A stretch of DNA of 64,000 nucleotides from Longimicrobiales bacterium (GCA_963664435.2 CAXXKM010000002.1:640001-704000); one strand, 5' to 3'. Shown: positions 16,954-27,770, counted from the first letter of the stretch. Translations and numbers: made by a program. Notes: generated from the sequence alone by a model not told the origin.

Positions 16954-18549
16954 CTACCGGAACAGATCCCGGCCCGCGAGGTCCGCCGGCGCCGGGATGC
17001 CCGCCAGCGCGGCCAGGGTGGGCGCCACGTCCACCGTGCGCACGCGCGCGTCCGAACGGCCCGGCCGCACCCCCGCGCCCAGGAAGATCAGCGGCACGTG
17101 GCGGTCGTGCCGGTACGGCGATCCGTGGTTGGTCCCGCCCCCGGTGTATTCCACCGTCCCGGGGGTGAGCCGGATCTCCAGGTGGACGCCGTAGCGGTGC
17201 AGGGGCCCCGGCATGCGCCCGGCGAAGTACGAGTTCTGCTGCAGCCGGATCAGCGAGTCGGGGGAGGGTTCGCCGGCGAGCTCCGCCTCGGTGATGGCGT
17301 CGGCCACGAAATCCAGTTCCTCCAGCACCACCGCGACCCGCTCCTGCTCCGGGCTCGACACGGGTTCCGTCCCGTCCGGGAACGCCTCGCGCACCAGCCG
17401 GGCGGCGGCCCGAAAGTCCCTGCCGCCCACGCGGCCCCCCGGCTGCCCCAGTTCCTGCAGGTATTCGGGCACCGGCTGTACGCCGTGGTCGGCACTGAAG
17501 GCCAGCACCCACCGGCCTGAACCGATCTCGTCGTCCAGGAAGCCGAAGAACTCCCCGAGCAGCCGGTCGAGGCGCAGAAGCGTGTCGAACTGCTCCACGC
17601 TGAACGGCCCGTAGCGGTGCCCCACATAGTCCACCTGGGAGAGCGACACGCTCAGGTAGTCCACGATGCCGTCGTCTCCCATGCCCAGCTCCTGCACCGC
17701 GGCCATCGCCAGCGCCAGGGTCGCCGCGTCCACCATGGGCCGCTCCGCCATCCACTCGTTGAATCCGGCGGGCGACGACGCGTCGCCTTCCTGGTCGAAT
17801 CGATGCGGAAAAGTCGTGTGGATTCCGTCGGCCTCGTAGGGGGCCCGGTCCCCGCGCGGAACGATCCGTTCCAGGCCGGGAGGGATGGTGCTGGACCAGA
17901 CCGAGTCGGAAAGCAGGCGCGCACGGGCGTCCCGGTTGAAGTCTTCGAGCCAGTCGGGAACGGCCGGCCGATACCAGGTCGAGGTCACGTAGCGTCCCTG
18001 TTCGGCATCGAGCCAGTAGACGTGGCCGGGCGCCCTTCCGGCCATCGTGATCGCCGCCCGGTCCTTCTTGGAGACCGACACCACATGCGCCCCGGAGTCG
18101 GCGTTCAAAACCCAGTCCGCCATGCCGCCACGCTCCAGGTTGCGGGGCGAGCGACCCGGGCGCTCGGGGATGCCCACGATGGCGGCAAGGCTGTCGGCGA
18201 CGGCGTAGACGTAGGTCGGTTCGCCGGCCTGGTCGAACTCGAACCAGTCGTTGGCGACGATCCCGTGCGTTTTCGGGTAGACGCCCGTCGAGAGGGTCGC
18301 ATGCCCCGCCGCGGTCTCGGTCACGCCATGGTCGTGAGCCGCGTTGTCGAAGCGGAATCCTTCGTCGAGCAGCCTGCGAAGGCCTCCCGAATAGTGCTCG
18401 TCGTAGCGCTCCAGGAGGTCCGGGATGAGCTGATCCACCACCACCGTCACCATCAGGCGCGAACCGTCCTGTGGCTCGGTACCGCTGCACCCGGCCGCCG
18501 GGAGGAGCAGGAGTAACGCGACGAGTGGGCGCTGGATGGAACGCAACAT
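16954..18549 (-). CDS. Alkaline phosphatase family lipoprotein (PafA-like)
   Basis: Lipobox AAGC; VVVDQL, TETAAGHATLSTG, SKKDRAAI, DYVGHRYGP, SADHG, HGSPY..DRHVPLIF. Confidence 0.9.
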   Translation of the reverse strand: MLRSIQRPLVALLLLLPAAGCSGTEPQDGSRLMVTVVVDQLIPDLLERYDEHYSGGLRRLLDEGFRFDNAAHDHGVTETAAGHATLSTGVYPKTHGIVANDWFEFDQAGEPTYVYAVADSLAAIVGIPERPGRSPRNLERGGMADWVLNADSGAHVVSVSKKDRAAITMAGRAPGHVYWLDAEQGRYVTSTWYRPAVPDWLEDFNRDARARLLSDSVWSSTIPPGLERIVPRGDRAPYEADGIHTTFPHRFDQEGDASSPAGFNEWMAERPMVDAATLALAMAAVQELGMGDDGIVDYLSVSLSQVDYVGHRYGPFSVEQFDTLLRLDRLLGEFFGFLDDEIGSGRWVLAFSADHGVQPVPEYLQELGQPGGRVGGRDFRAAARLVREAFPDGTEPVSSPEQERVAVVLEELDFVADAITEAELAGEPSPDSLIRLQQNSYFAGRMPGPLHRYGVHLEIRLTPGTVEYTGGGTNHGSPYRHDRHVPLIFLGAGVRPGRSDARVRTVDVAPTLAALAGIPAPADLAGRDLFR

Positions 18550-18842
18550 CGGAAGCCGGACTCCGTAAACGCGTGGTCTTGATCTGGCAGCCCGCAGACC
18601 TTCCCGCTCGCGGTGCTCTCGCGGATTCCTCGGCGGACTGCTAGTGAGATCGCTCATTCCGCGATCGAGGGCAACCGTCGCGGGCGCCTGTTCCGCGGCG
18701 CCTGCCACGATCCAACGGACGAACAGGGTGATTTCGTGCGCCGGGGGGCTTTGCCGGCCTGCGCCTGTGCGCGTGTCCGTCGCCCCCGCCGTCGTCCCAT
18801 CCGGCCATTCCTCCGCCCGGGGTCTTCCGCTTGCTTGTAACC

Positions 18843-19391
18843 ATGCAGCTGACGCGCAGCGAACTGATCCACGACCGCTCTCGCCGGAGTCTCCGGACCG
18901 TCTACGGCGACCTCGCCCGCGAGGCCCGACGCATCGACGCGGCCGTAGATCGGATCCGGCTCTCCGGCCTCGATCTCGCCTACGAAGCGCTGGCCTCCGT
19001 GGAGGAATTGCGCGTGCTCGTCACCGAAATCAATGCGGCGACGCTCAAGTTCGAGGCCGAGGCGATTCTGGCGGATGCTCAACGCGCCGACAACCTGCGG
19101 GTGGTCATGCGCCTGCTCGCCGAAGAGCGCCTCCGGGTTCGCTGCGCGCCCCTCCTGGACTGGGCGCCCAACTTTTCCGTTTTCGCCGATCCAAAGGGAC
19201 GCTGCAATCTCTTCCTGGGCGTCCACTGGTTCCAGATTCCCTACCCCTCGCGCGGTCCGGCGCTCGCCGTGGTTCACAGGGGCGGGGAGGCCGGCGGAGT
19301 GCGGGCGCGATTTCAGGAGATGTGGGACCTGGCGCACGACATCGGTCCGGCGCTGCGCGGCGTCTTCGAGGCCGCCGAGCGCGCAACTTGA
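18843..19391 (+). CDS. Hypothetical protein, possibly degenerate PLD-like fold
   Basis: GC3-biased ORF filling the gap; WAPNFSVF...LFLG...RFQEMWDLA ending. Confidence 0.7.
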   Translation: MQLTRSELIHDRSRRSLRTVYGDLAREARRIDAAVDRIRLSGLDLAYEALASVEELRVLVTEINAATLKFEAEAILADAQRADNLRVVMRLLAEERLRVRCAPLLDWAPNFSVFADPKGRCNLFLGVHWFQIPYPSRGPALAVVHRGGEAGGVRARFQEMWDLAHDIGPALRGVFEAAERAT

Positions 19392-19439
19392 CACGCCGGG
19401 TAGGCTTAAGATACGGTTGCTGGCTACTGGAGGCGGTCT

Positions 19440-19512
<73 letters not shown>

Positions 19513-19692
19513 CTGGGAATTCTCCAACGTTGGTACTGGGCGCCCATATGCGCGGGGCCCCGGAGGGCGGCTGCCCCCGGGGCCTCGTCATGTCCGGCTC
19601 CCGACCGGCTGGCGAGTGCGTCGCTCGGACCGGTGGGCTGGCCGGGGGATCCGGGCGGCCGACGCGGTAAGCAAGCGAAGCGTGCGCAGCCC

Positions 19693-20847
19693 TCAGGGCC
19701 GGTAATTGAAGAGCAGGGATCCGCTGTAGCGCTCGAAATAGGCGTCACCGATCTCCGTCTCCGCCCGTGTCCAGCCAACTCGGAAGGTCCCGGTGACGGC
19801 GTCGGTGAGGTACTTGCTGACGCCCATGTACACCTGCGACGCATTGTCCGCTTCTTCACCCGGAATCAGACGGATGAACTCCGTTTCGGTCAGATAGTCC
19901 TTCGCGGTCAGCACCGCCGTGATGTTGAGCCTCAGGTCCGCGGGAAGGAGGGTCGACACCTCGGCGTTCACCGAAACTGCGTTGTATTCGGTCCGGCTCG
20001 CGTTGGACCTGTTGATCGTGCCCTGGATGCCGACCCCCGCGGTGATCCCGGACGACTCGAACCCGTCCGATGACTCGAGCCCGTCATACTGCCAGAGCGC
20101 GCCCAGCTGATAGGCCTGGTCCCGGCGGAAGGGGTCCGGGAGATAGCCGGTGCCCTGTTGCGGATACCGGAATTCGGTGAACGATCCGTAGAACCGCATC
20201 GTCAACCTCGCCGCGTTCCACATCCGCCCCTGCGCGCCACCCAGCTCGAATCCGATCTTGTTGCGGTCGAGCAGATCGAGTTGCGGCACGATATCCTGGG
20301 CGTTGTAGTCGGCTCGGCCGCCCTCGATGCTCACATCCCAGTAGGTTCCGCCAATTTCCCGTGTCTGGAAGCGCGCCGCCCCTTCGTAGTTCGCGTAACC
20401 CGGCTCCAGGAACAGGGGAGTAGGCGTGCGGTCAGCCACATCGCGGCCTCCTGCTCGCCCGCTGAACTGCAGGACGCCGTCATTCGTCGTCGTGCGGAAC
20501 ACGGCGTCGATGACCCCGCTCGCAACGCGGGGCGCATAGTCGCGCAGCTTGAAGCCGTACGCGTCGAACTGTCGGACACCGCCATCCAGCGTGACGGTGA
20601 GACCGTCGAACCCGTTGGGGCTCGAGCTCAGAACGGCTCGGACCCCCAATTCGGCGCTCGTCGCCCAGGCCTGATCCACGCTGTCGACCACGGCAAGCGT
20701 CACGGACGGAATCCCGCCGCGATACCGTTCCACATGCGTCCCACCGGTAAAGACCAGGTCCGTCACGCGCGCCTGGGCGGAGAGCGTCGCAGCCGATCCC
20801 GTCCCCATCAGAACGACGAGCGCCGCGATTCGGAGGGAGCGGCTCAT
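19693..20847 (-). CDS. Secreted hypothetical protein, probable outer-membrane beta-barrel
   Basis: Signal peptide; alternating amphipathic beta strands; terminal ..YSGSLLFNYRP. Confidence 0.7.
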   Translation of the reverse strand: MSRSLRIAALVVLMGTGSAATLSAQARVTDLVFTGGTHVERYRGGIPSVTLAVVDSVDQAWATSAELGVRAVLSSSPNGFDGLTVTLDGGVRQFDAYGFKLRDYAPRVASGVIDAVFRTTTNDGVLQFSGRAGGRDVADRTPTPLFLEPGYANYEGAARFQTREIGGTYWDVSIEGGRADYNAQDIVPQLDLLDRNKIGFELGGAQGRMWNAARLTMRFYGSFTEFRYPQQGTGYLPDPFRRDQAYQLGALWQYDGLESSDGFESSGITAGVGIQGTINRSNASRTEYNAVSVNAEVSTLLPADLRLNITAVLTAKDYLTETEFIRLIPGEEADNASQVYMGVSKYLTDAVTGTFRVGWTRAETEIGDAYFERYSGSLLFNYRP

Positions 20848-21737
20848 GCGGTCTCCTCCCCCCCGATCCGCCGGCGAAACTCCTCCGCTCGCGCCATGGC
20901 AATGTTCCGCCTCTCGATCACGAACTCCCTGGACTGTTGCAGTTCCTCGAGGCGCTGCGACAACTCTTCGCCACCGATCAGGTCTTCCGCATTGTCGGAG
21001 TTCGCGTCCGGACGTCCCACGGGCACACGAAGGTCGCCGAATCGGGAGAGATCCGCTCCGAAATCCCGCACCATGCGCGCATGACGCTCCCGTTGTTCGA
21101 GCAGTTCGATCTGGGCGTCGATGTCGTCCAGCACCAGTCCGTAACGCGCTACCTGCCCATCGAGGAGATCCGCCTTGGCTCTGATTTCGTCCCGGGTGTC
21201 TCCCGGCTCGATGTTGATTTCAGGAAACGGATCGTCATCGATCTCGATGGGGCGTTCCAGCTGGTCGGCCTCGTTGGTCAGGACGTCGATCCGGCGACCG
21301 ATGAGGTCGCGCGCGCGTGCATCCGGCGCCTGTGGAAGCTCCTCGAACAACTCGCCCAGTTCGTCCAGCACACTCAACAGGTAGGAGCGCCGGGCCTGGT
21401 CCAGCCGTCCCGCGGCGGTAGCAAGATCCCGGTTGCTCTGTTCCAGCTGCCGACCCAGGTCCTGGTAGATGGCCAAGGCACGCTCGTAGCGCGCCTGATC
21501 ACCGGACTGACGAGCCTCGATGGCCTCGTCCAGGGCGTCGGCGACCAGGTCATTCGCGAGATCGCGGGCGCTGAGGGCGGCATTGTGCGCGCTCTCCGCC
21601 GCATGATACGCGGAGCGCTCCACATCCTGCGATGTTGCGGCGGAGGGAAGGACGGCGCACAGAGCCGCTGCCAGGGCCACCAGTCGGAGCAGGCCCGCCG
21701 GCTTCCTTCCCTTGCCCTGTGCGGCCGATAGGGCCAT
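20844..21737 (-). CDS. Secreted coiled-coil hypothetical protein
   Basis: Signal peptide (LVALAAALCAVLPSAATSQ); long A/E/R/L heptad helices; overlap with next gene. Confidence 0.7.
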   Translation of the reverse strand: MALSAAQGKGRKPAGLLRLVALAAALCAVLPSAATSQDVERSAYHAAESAHNAALSARDLANDLVADALDEAIEARQSGDQARYERALAIYQDLGRQLEQSNRDLATAAGRLDQARRSYLLSVLDELGELFEELPQAPDARARDLIGRRIDVLTNEADQLERPIEIDDDPFPEINIEPGDTRDEIRAKADLLDGQVARYGLVLDDIDAQIELLEQRERHARMVRDFGADLSRFGDLRVPVGRPDANSDNAEDLIGGEELSQRLEELQQSREFVIERRNIAMARAEEFRRRIGGEETA

Positions 21738-21750
21738 GACCCGCCTCGGG

Positions 21751-23139
21751 TTACGCTTCGATACCGTATTTCTCGAGCTTGTAGTAGAACGCACTCGACT
21801 TGAGTCCCAGCAGTCTGGCCGCCTCTGCCTTGACGCCCCCCGCCCGCTCGAGAGCCTGTCGGAGAAGCCTCTCCTCAATACCCTCGACCACCTCGTTCAG
21901 GTTCTTTCCGCCCTCGGGCAGGTCGTCCGTCCGCGGCACGAGGTCCCCGGCGTTCATCGCAGGCAGATCCCCGGCATCGATGGTGGGACCGTCCGCAAGC
22001 AAGAGTGCCCGCTCGATCACGTTCTCGAGCTCGCGAACATTCCCCGGCCACGCGTAGCGGGCCAGCCGGTCCATCGCTTCCGTCCCGACCCTGCCGACCT
22101 GCGAGTTGGTGCGTTTGCGCAGCTTCGCGATGAAGTGGTCCGCCAGGAGAGGGATGTCCTCGACCCGGTTCCTCAGCGGCGGCAGCACGATCGGGACGAC
22201 GTGCAGGCGGTAGAAGAGGTCCTTGCGAAAATCGTCGCCGGCCAGGAGTTCGTCCGCGGGGGTGTTGGTCGCCGCGATGATGCGCACATCCACGGGAATC
22301 GTCTTCTCTCCCCCCACGCGCTCGAGTTCGCGCTCCTGGATCACGCGCAGGAGCCTGACCTGCGTCATGGTGGAGATGGTGGCGATCTCGTCGAGAAAGA
22401 TGGTCCCGCCGTCGGCGAGTTCGAAGCGCCCGCGCCGCCTCCGGTCCGCGCCCGTAAACGCACCCTTCTCGTGCCCGAACAGCTCGGAGTCCAGCAGGCT
22501 CTCCGCGAGGGCTCCGCAGTTGACGCGGACAAAGGGACCCTCCTTGCGCGTCGAGCTGGCGTGAATGGCGCGGGCTACGAGTTCCTTGCCCGTGCCGGAT
22601 TCCCCGTAGATCATGACCGTCGACTCGCTGGGAGCCACCCGGGTGATCCAGTCGTACACCTGCTTCATCGCGGGCGCCTCGCCGATGATCTGCCCGTAGC
22701 GGGCCTCGGTCTGCTCCTTCAGCGACGTGTTCTCGATCCGCAGCGCCACGTTCTCCCGGCGCAGCTTGTCGCGCTCTTCGCGCTCCCGCAGCAGGCGTCC
22801 CACCTTGACCGCGAACTCCTCGGGAGAGAACGGCTTGGTGATGAAGTCGACGGCCCCCAGCTTCATCGCCTCCACGGCCCTGTCCACGGTGCCGAATGCC
22901 GTGATCATCATCACATCGGTCTCCGGCGCCTGCGCCCTGATCCGCCGGAGCACTTCGATTCCGTCCATGCCGGCCATTCTGAGGTCGGTGACGACCAACT
23001 CGGCGCCATGCTCGCTGAGCAGATCCAGCCCCTGCTTGCCGTTCTCGGCCGAATAGGTCCGGTGGCCGTGTTTGCGCAGCAGCAGCTCGAGGCCTTCGCG
23101 GATCGTATCGTGATCGTCGATGATCAGCACTCGCGCCAT
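21751..23139 (-). CDS. Sigma54-dependent NtrC/AtoC-type response regulator
   Basis: Receiver (VLIIDD, TDLRM, KP), GESGTGKE, GAFTGA, FLDEI, WPGNVRELEN, Fis HTH. Confidence 0.95.
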   Translation of the reverse strand: MARVLIIDDHDTIREGLELLLRKHGHRTYSAENGKQGLDLLSEHGAELVVTDLRMAGMDGIEVLRRIRAQAPETDVMMITAFGTVDRAVEAMKLGAVDFITKPFSPEEFAVKVGRLLREREERDKLRRENVALRIENTSLKEQTEARYGQIIGEAPAMKQVYDWITRVAPSESTVMIYGESGTGKELVARAIHASSTRKEGPFVRVNCGALAESLLDSELFGHEKGAFTGADRRRRGRFELADGGTIFLDEIATISTMTQVRLLRVIQERELERVGGEKTIPVDVRIIAATNTPADELLAGDDFRKDLFYRLHVVPIVLPPLRNRVEDIPLLADHFIAKLRKRTNSQVGRVGTEAMDRLARYAWPGNVRELENVIERALLLADGPTIDAGDLPAMNAGDLVPRTDDLPEGGKNLNEVVEGIEERLLRQALERAGGVKAEAARLLGLKSSAFYYKLEKYGIEA

Positions 23140-23286
23140 GGCACCAGCCAGATGAGCCCGCAGGGGGCGGTAGGAGAAAGGGGAACACGGGTCGGAGCCC
23201 GGGGACACCGATCGCGCCGAGCCCGGGATGGGAACGCCGCTCGATTGCCGGGCGACCGGGCGGCAGGCATGGACCGTGCGCGGGCG

Positions 23287-24789
23287 CTACAGGTCATTCG
23301 CTTCGCTGCGCGCAACCGGGAACACCTCCGAGCCCGGCAAATATAGACGGAACTCCGCGCCATTCCCAGAAGCGCCGTCGCCCGCGACCAGTTCGACCCG
23401 GCCGTCGTGGGCCCGTGCCACGCCGGCCACGATCGCGAGCCCCAGGCCTGCGCCCCGTTCCTTGCTGGTCACAAAGGGCTGGAAGATGCGCCCCTGCAGC
23501 GATTCCGGCACACCCGGCCCGTTGTCGCGCACGGACACGATGACTTCGCCGTTGCCGAAGGTACCCTTGAGCCTCACCCGGTCACCGGCGTCGGCCGCGT
23601 TGCGCAACAGGTTCAGAACCATGCGCTTGACCTGCCCGGAGTCCGCCACCACCTCCAGCTGGGCATCCGGCAGATCGACCTCGAGGCTGCCTCCCCTCGA
23701 CGCGAGTTCCGTCGCAACCAGCTCGGCCGCCTCCTTGAGCGGAGCCCGGATGTCGTGCAGCGTCGGCTGCGGCGCCCGGGGGCGGGCGTACACCAGGAAG
23801 TCCGTGATGATGCTGTTGAGGGCGTCCACTTCCGCCTGGATCTTTCGGAAGAGCCGGGCGCGTTCCTCCGGATCGGCGCTGTCGGCCGCGATGGAAGAGA
23901 AGAGCTTCAGCCCGCCCAGGGGATTCCGGATTTCGTGCGCGACCTGAGCGAGCATGAGCCGGAGCTGCTCGTCCCGCTGAATGATCCCCAGGCGCATGCG
24001 TTCCATGGCCCGCGACAGACGGCCGATCTCGACGCCCGCCTCCACCTCGACCGACCGGGTGATCCGGCCCCGCTGGATGCGAAGCGCCACCCGGCTGAGC
24101 CGTTCCAGAGGCTCGGCGATGCGGGCGGCCAGGCCGATGGCCACGAGAACCGAGAGCACGACCGCGATCGCGGAAGCGATGAGGACCGACCGCCGCAAAC
24201 TTTCCAGGGGAGCGAGGTAGTCCGCGCGCATGAGCACCGCCAGGGCGACGTCGGAGTCCTCCAGCCGCGCGAAGCCGTACTTGTAGGAGCGACCGTCCGT
24301 GCCCTCGAACGCAGTCGAGGTCGCTGATCCGTCCTCCCAGAGTCCGCTCAGGTCGTAGGCCGAGAAAATGGCAACCGAGGTCCCGATGATCGGAAGGGAG
24401 TCGGCCGATTCCGTCGAAACGATCGCCGTATAGGAGGGGGGCAGATCGATGGCGGCGTCTCCCCCGGGCACCGTGCTTTCTCGGGGAGAGATCGGATTCT
24501 CGCGGCGAATGATCCAGGCCGCGTCCACATATCCGCGGTCGACCAGGCTGCGCAGGCGATCGTACGCCTCCCTCCAGAAGAGATTCCCTTCGTCTCCGCG
24601 GCCGAGAAGGAGCAGATTGGTCGCGTCGAGCCCGGTCTCCGCCGCCACTCCTGCGGTGACCTCCAGCTTGTCGTCCAGCTCGGCCTCCAGCGCCCGACTG
24701 GTCACCGAGTAGGCCATCCAGCTGCTGGTCGCCGTGAAGATGACCGCGAAGGCCACCAGCACCAGCACGTACAGGCGTCGAAGCGGCAC
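23287..24789 (-). CDS. Membrane HAMP sensor histidine kinase
   Basis: Two TM helices, HAMP, AHEIRNPL, NLLRNA, DNGPG, GAGLGL. Confidence 0.93.
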   Translation of the reverse strand: MPLRRLYVLVLVAFAVIFTATSSWMAYSVTSRALEAELDDKLEVTAGVAAETGLDATNLLLLGRGDEGNLFWREAYDRLRSLVDRGYVDAAWIIRRENPISPRESTVPGGDAAIDLPPSYTAIVSTESADSLPIIGTSVAIFSAYDLSGLWEDGSATSTAFEGTDGRSYKYGFARLEDSDVALAVLMRADYLAPLESLRRSVLIASAIAVVLSVLVAIGLAARIAEPLERLSRVALRIQRGRITRSVEVEAGVEIGRLSRAMERMRLGIIQRDEQLRLMLAQVAHEIRNPLGGLKLFSSIAADSADPEERARLFRKIQAEVDALNSIITDFLVYARPRAPQPTLHDIRAPLKEAAELVATELASRGGSLEVDLPDAQLEVVADSGQVKRMVLNLLRNAADAGDRVRLKGTFGNGEVIVSVRDNGPGVPESLQGRIFQPFVTSKERGAGLGLAIVAGVARAHDGRVELVAGDGASGNGAEFRLYLPGSEVFPVARSEANDL

Positions 24790-24865
24790 TGTCGAGATCT
24801 CCGTTTGCGGTTTGGCCCCAGCTCGGGAGCACGCTCTCTGATTTCGCCCGGCCTAGGGCCCCATT

Positions 24866-25867
24866 TCACAGCCCACAGGGCACCCGCTCCAGGTCAACCT
24901 CGCTGAATTGAATCCTCGAAGCCGTCCGTGGCGCGACGATGAGGTGGAAGGGCGTTTGCACCACCGCCGCGGGCGAACAGAAATCACCCGGGGCGAACTC
25001 CACGAGCTGTATGATCGCACCGTCGCGCACAGGCAGGATTTCCCTGATCTCCAGCTTGCTCCCCGCTTCCTGGCGGGCGCCGTCCGCCGCGACCACCACC
25101 ATGTCCGCGGACCAGTCGATGTCGGGCGCTGAAGCCCCATCGCCGTGCCACCCCCAGAAATCCCCCCAGTCGTCCGGTGCATCGCGGGCGCCCGGTCCTC
25201 CGAAGAAGGCCCGGGAGGCCAGTGCCGGTTGACCGGGCTTTTCCCCCTGGTCGAGGGTCGCGAACGGGATGCTCAGGTTGTAGACGCTGGTGGCGGAGTC
25301 TCCAAGGGTACGGTCGTGCAGGAATTTCGACACCTGGATCACCCGACTGGCGTGCAGGTCGGGCCCGGATCCGGCGGGATTCAGTGATCCGAGCGGCCCC
25401 TGCGCACACCGGGTCCAGCTTCTCTCCTCGCCCCGGATCTCATCCTGAATTCGCAGAGTTATGCGGGCTTCGTCCTCACATGGCGGATCAAGGTTCGGAT
25501 CGAGGTCCTCGATGAAGAGATCCAGTCCGGCCGCGCCGTGGATCTGGGTGACCAGCGTGGCGTAGGCTGCGGCGAACGCCGCCGGGAGCCCCGGACTCGC
25601 AATGGTGGCCTCGCTCCCGACCACCCCCCGGTAGGCAATCGACTCGAACAGTTGCCAGGCACCGGTCGACCGCCAGGTGAGAACCTGACGCAGCTCTCCG
25701 TTGCCGGGGGACGGGAGAAACTGTCGCGGAGTCGCGACCTCCACGACCATCTGACCGGTTTGGCCAAAGCGCAGCATGGGCGGCGCGACGCCGTTTTCCT
25801 CGCACGCGGATACCGCAGCCGCCAACATGGCCGTCCAAACCCATGGAACCCCGAACTTCCTCGTCAC
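24866..25867 (-). CDS. Lipoprotein with PrcB-C-like C-terminal domain
   Basis: Lipobox AVSAC; DIDWSADMVVVAADG...LEIREI...PGDFC...TPFHLIVAPR. Confidence 0.65.
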   Translation of the reverse strand: MTRKFGVPWVWTAMLAAAVSACEENGVAPPMLRFGQTGQMVVEVATPRQFLPSPGNGELRQVLTWRSTGAWQLFESIAYRGVVGSEATIASPGLPAAFAAAYATLVTQIHGAAGLDLFIEDLDPNLDPPCEDEARITLRIQDEIRGEERSWTRCAQGPLGSLNPAGSGPDLHASRVIQVSKFLHDRTLGDSATSVYNLSIPFATLDQGEKPGQPALASRAFFGGPGARDAPDDWGDFWGWHGDGASAPDIDWSADMVVVAADGARQEAGSKLEIREILPVRDGAIIQLVEFAPGDFCSPAAVVQTPFHLIVAPRTASRIQFSEVDLERVPCGL

Positions 25868-26015
25868 ACAGATACCCCTGTCAGCCTCTTCGCTGGTTTG
25901 ACGATGCCGAACCGGCAGCATCAATATACGGCGCTAGCCGCTTTCCGCCCCTGTTGCCCCGCCGCGGGAGGGGGCGCGTGATCGATCCCCGGGCCCTCCC
26001 GTGCCAAGGAGCCGC

Positions 26016-26603
26016 ATGGACACCCGCGACCGCCTGCTTGCCCTGCTCATCAAGCGATCCCTCCGGGTTGGCCGCTTCACGCTCGCCAGCGGTATCCGCT
26101 CGACGTACTACGTCGACGCGCGAGCGACGACCATGACCGCCGAGGGGCAGGCACTCGTCGGCCGGGTATGCCTGAGTTACCTCCGGCGCGCCGGTCTGGA
26201 TCCCACACACGTCGGCGGTCTGACGATGGGCGCCGACCCGATCGCCTTTGCCATCGCCCGCCAGAGCTGGGAGGAGGGCCGGCCCATGGACGCGTTCTCC
26301 GTCCGCAAGGACGCGAAGGAGTACGGCACGCGGCGCAGGGTCGAGGGCGGGCTTCCGACAGATGCGCGCGTGGTGGTCGTCGAGGATGCCATGACCACCG
26401 GCCGGAGTACGCTCAAGGCCATCCGGGCGGCCGAGGAGCACGGCGCCCGGGTTCTCGCCGTTCTGGCGCTCGTCGATCGTGAGGAAGGGGCCCGCGAGCG
26501 CATTGCGGCCGAAGGCTATGCGGTGACAACCGTGTTTCCTGCGAGTGAACTCCTGGCCGCGCGCGAAAAGCGGGCTGGCGCCGAGTCGCAGACGCCGGGT
26601 TAG
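26016..26603 (+). CDS. pyrE: Orotate phosphoribosyltransferase
   Basis: FTLASG..STYYVDAR, GGLTMGADPI, VRKDAKEYG, VVVEDAMTTGRS. Confidence 0.95.
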   Translation: MDTRDRLLALLIKRSLRVGRFTLASGIRSTYYVDARATTMTAEGQALVGRVCLSYLRRAGLDPTHVGGLTMGADPIAFAIARQSWEEGRPMDAFSVRKDAKEYGTRRRVEGGLPTDARVVVVEDAMTTGRSTLKAIRAAEEHGARVLAVLALVDREEGARERIAAEGYAVTTVFPASELLAAREKRAGAESQTPG

Positions 26604-26654
26604 CATCGCCCGAAGTCCGCCCAACCCGATTTCGGCCCATCGCCGGGGGCGGTT

Positions 26655-27770
26655 TCAGTCGAGCAGTCGGAGGGGCATCACCAGGCAGAGGTAGTCGATC
26701 GCATCCGCGTCCTCCGCGGGCACCGGCTCGACGGTTGCAGCACGCTCCGGCGCCTTGAATCCCAGCCGCACATCATCCGTGGGCATGTGCTGCAGCACCT
26801 CGATCAGATAGCTGGCGTTGAACCCGATTTCGAGGTCGTCGCCCTCGTATCCGAGATCCACTTCGTCGTAGCCCTCGCCCAGATCGGGAGTACTCACGCT
26901 CAGGTTCATCCGGCTACCGGAAAAACTGAGCTTGATCCGGTGCGTCTGATCGCTCGCGACAACGTCCATCCGCTTCACGGCCGCAAGCAGGCTGTCCTTG
27001 TCGACCACCGCGAACTTGTCGTTGTCCTTGGGGATTACCTGCTTGTAGTTGGGGTAGGTGCCGTCGATCAGCCGCGTGAACACCTCGGTTGCCCCCGAAC
27101 GAAAGCCGAGAAAATTGCCGTCACGGCCCAACTCCAGTTCATCCCCTTCAGCGAAGAGCCGCTGAACCAGCCTCAATGCCGAGGGGGGAACGATGAGGTT
27201 GGAGGCCGCGGGCCCGGACGACTCGGTCTTCACCGTCCTCCTTGCGAGCCTGTGGCCGTTGGTCGCCACCATTCTCATCTCGTTCCCCCGCAACTCCCAG
27301 AGCACCCCGCTCAGGATTGGCCGTCTCTCTTCGCTCGAGACCGCGAAGGACGTGTTGCGGATGAGCGACAGGAGATCGGCCCCGGAGGTGGTCCATGCCT
27401 GGTCGAAGTCCAGTTGGGGCGACGACGGGAAATCATCAGCAGGCAGACCGTTGAGCTTGAAGCGGCTCTTGCCGCAGACCAGCTCCATCTGGCTGCCCAG
27501 CGTACCGGCCAGCACCGGGCGGTCGGGAAGCGCCCGCACGATCTCCTGGATCTTCTTCCCCGGGACCGTCAGCGAACCTGCCTCCTGAACCTCCGCGGGG
27601 ACGCGGGTTCGAACCGTGACATCCAGGTCCGTGGCCGTGATCCAGAGGCCCTCCTCGGTTGCGTCGAAGAGAATGTTTGAGAGAACCGGCAGCGTGGTTC
27701 GGGCCGGGACGGATTGGGAGACTGCCGTGAGTCCCTGGTACAGGTTCTGGCGAGTCAGGGCAAGTTTCAT
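26655..27770 (-). CDS. dnaN: DNA polymerase III beta sliding clamp
   Basis: TLPVLSNIL, ATDLD, VATNGHRLA, RLIDGTYPNY, IGFNASYL, LVMPLRL. Confidence 0.98.
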   Translation of the reverse strand: MKLALTRQNLYQGLTAVSQSVPARTTLPVLSNILFDATEEGLWITATDLDVTVRTRVPAEVQEAGSLTVPGKKIQEIVRALPDRPVLAGTLGSQMELVCGKSRFKLNGLPADDFPSSPQLDFDQAWTTSGADLLSLIRNTSFAVSSEERRPILSGVLWELRGNEMRMVATNGHRLARRTVKTESSGPAASNLIVPPSALRLVQRLFAEGDELELGRDGNFLGFRSGATEVFTRLIDGTYPNYKQVIPKDNDKFAVVDKDSLLAAVKRMDVVASDQTHRIKLSFSGSRMNLSVSTPDLGEGYDEVDLGYEGDDLEIGFNASYLIEVLQHMPTDDVRLGFKAPERAATVEPVPAEDADAIDYLCLVMPLRLLD

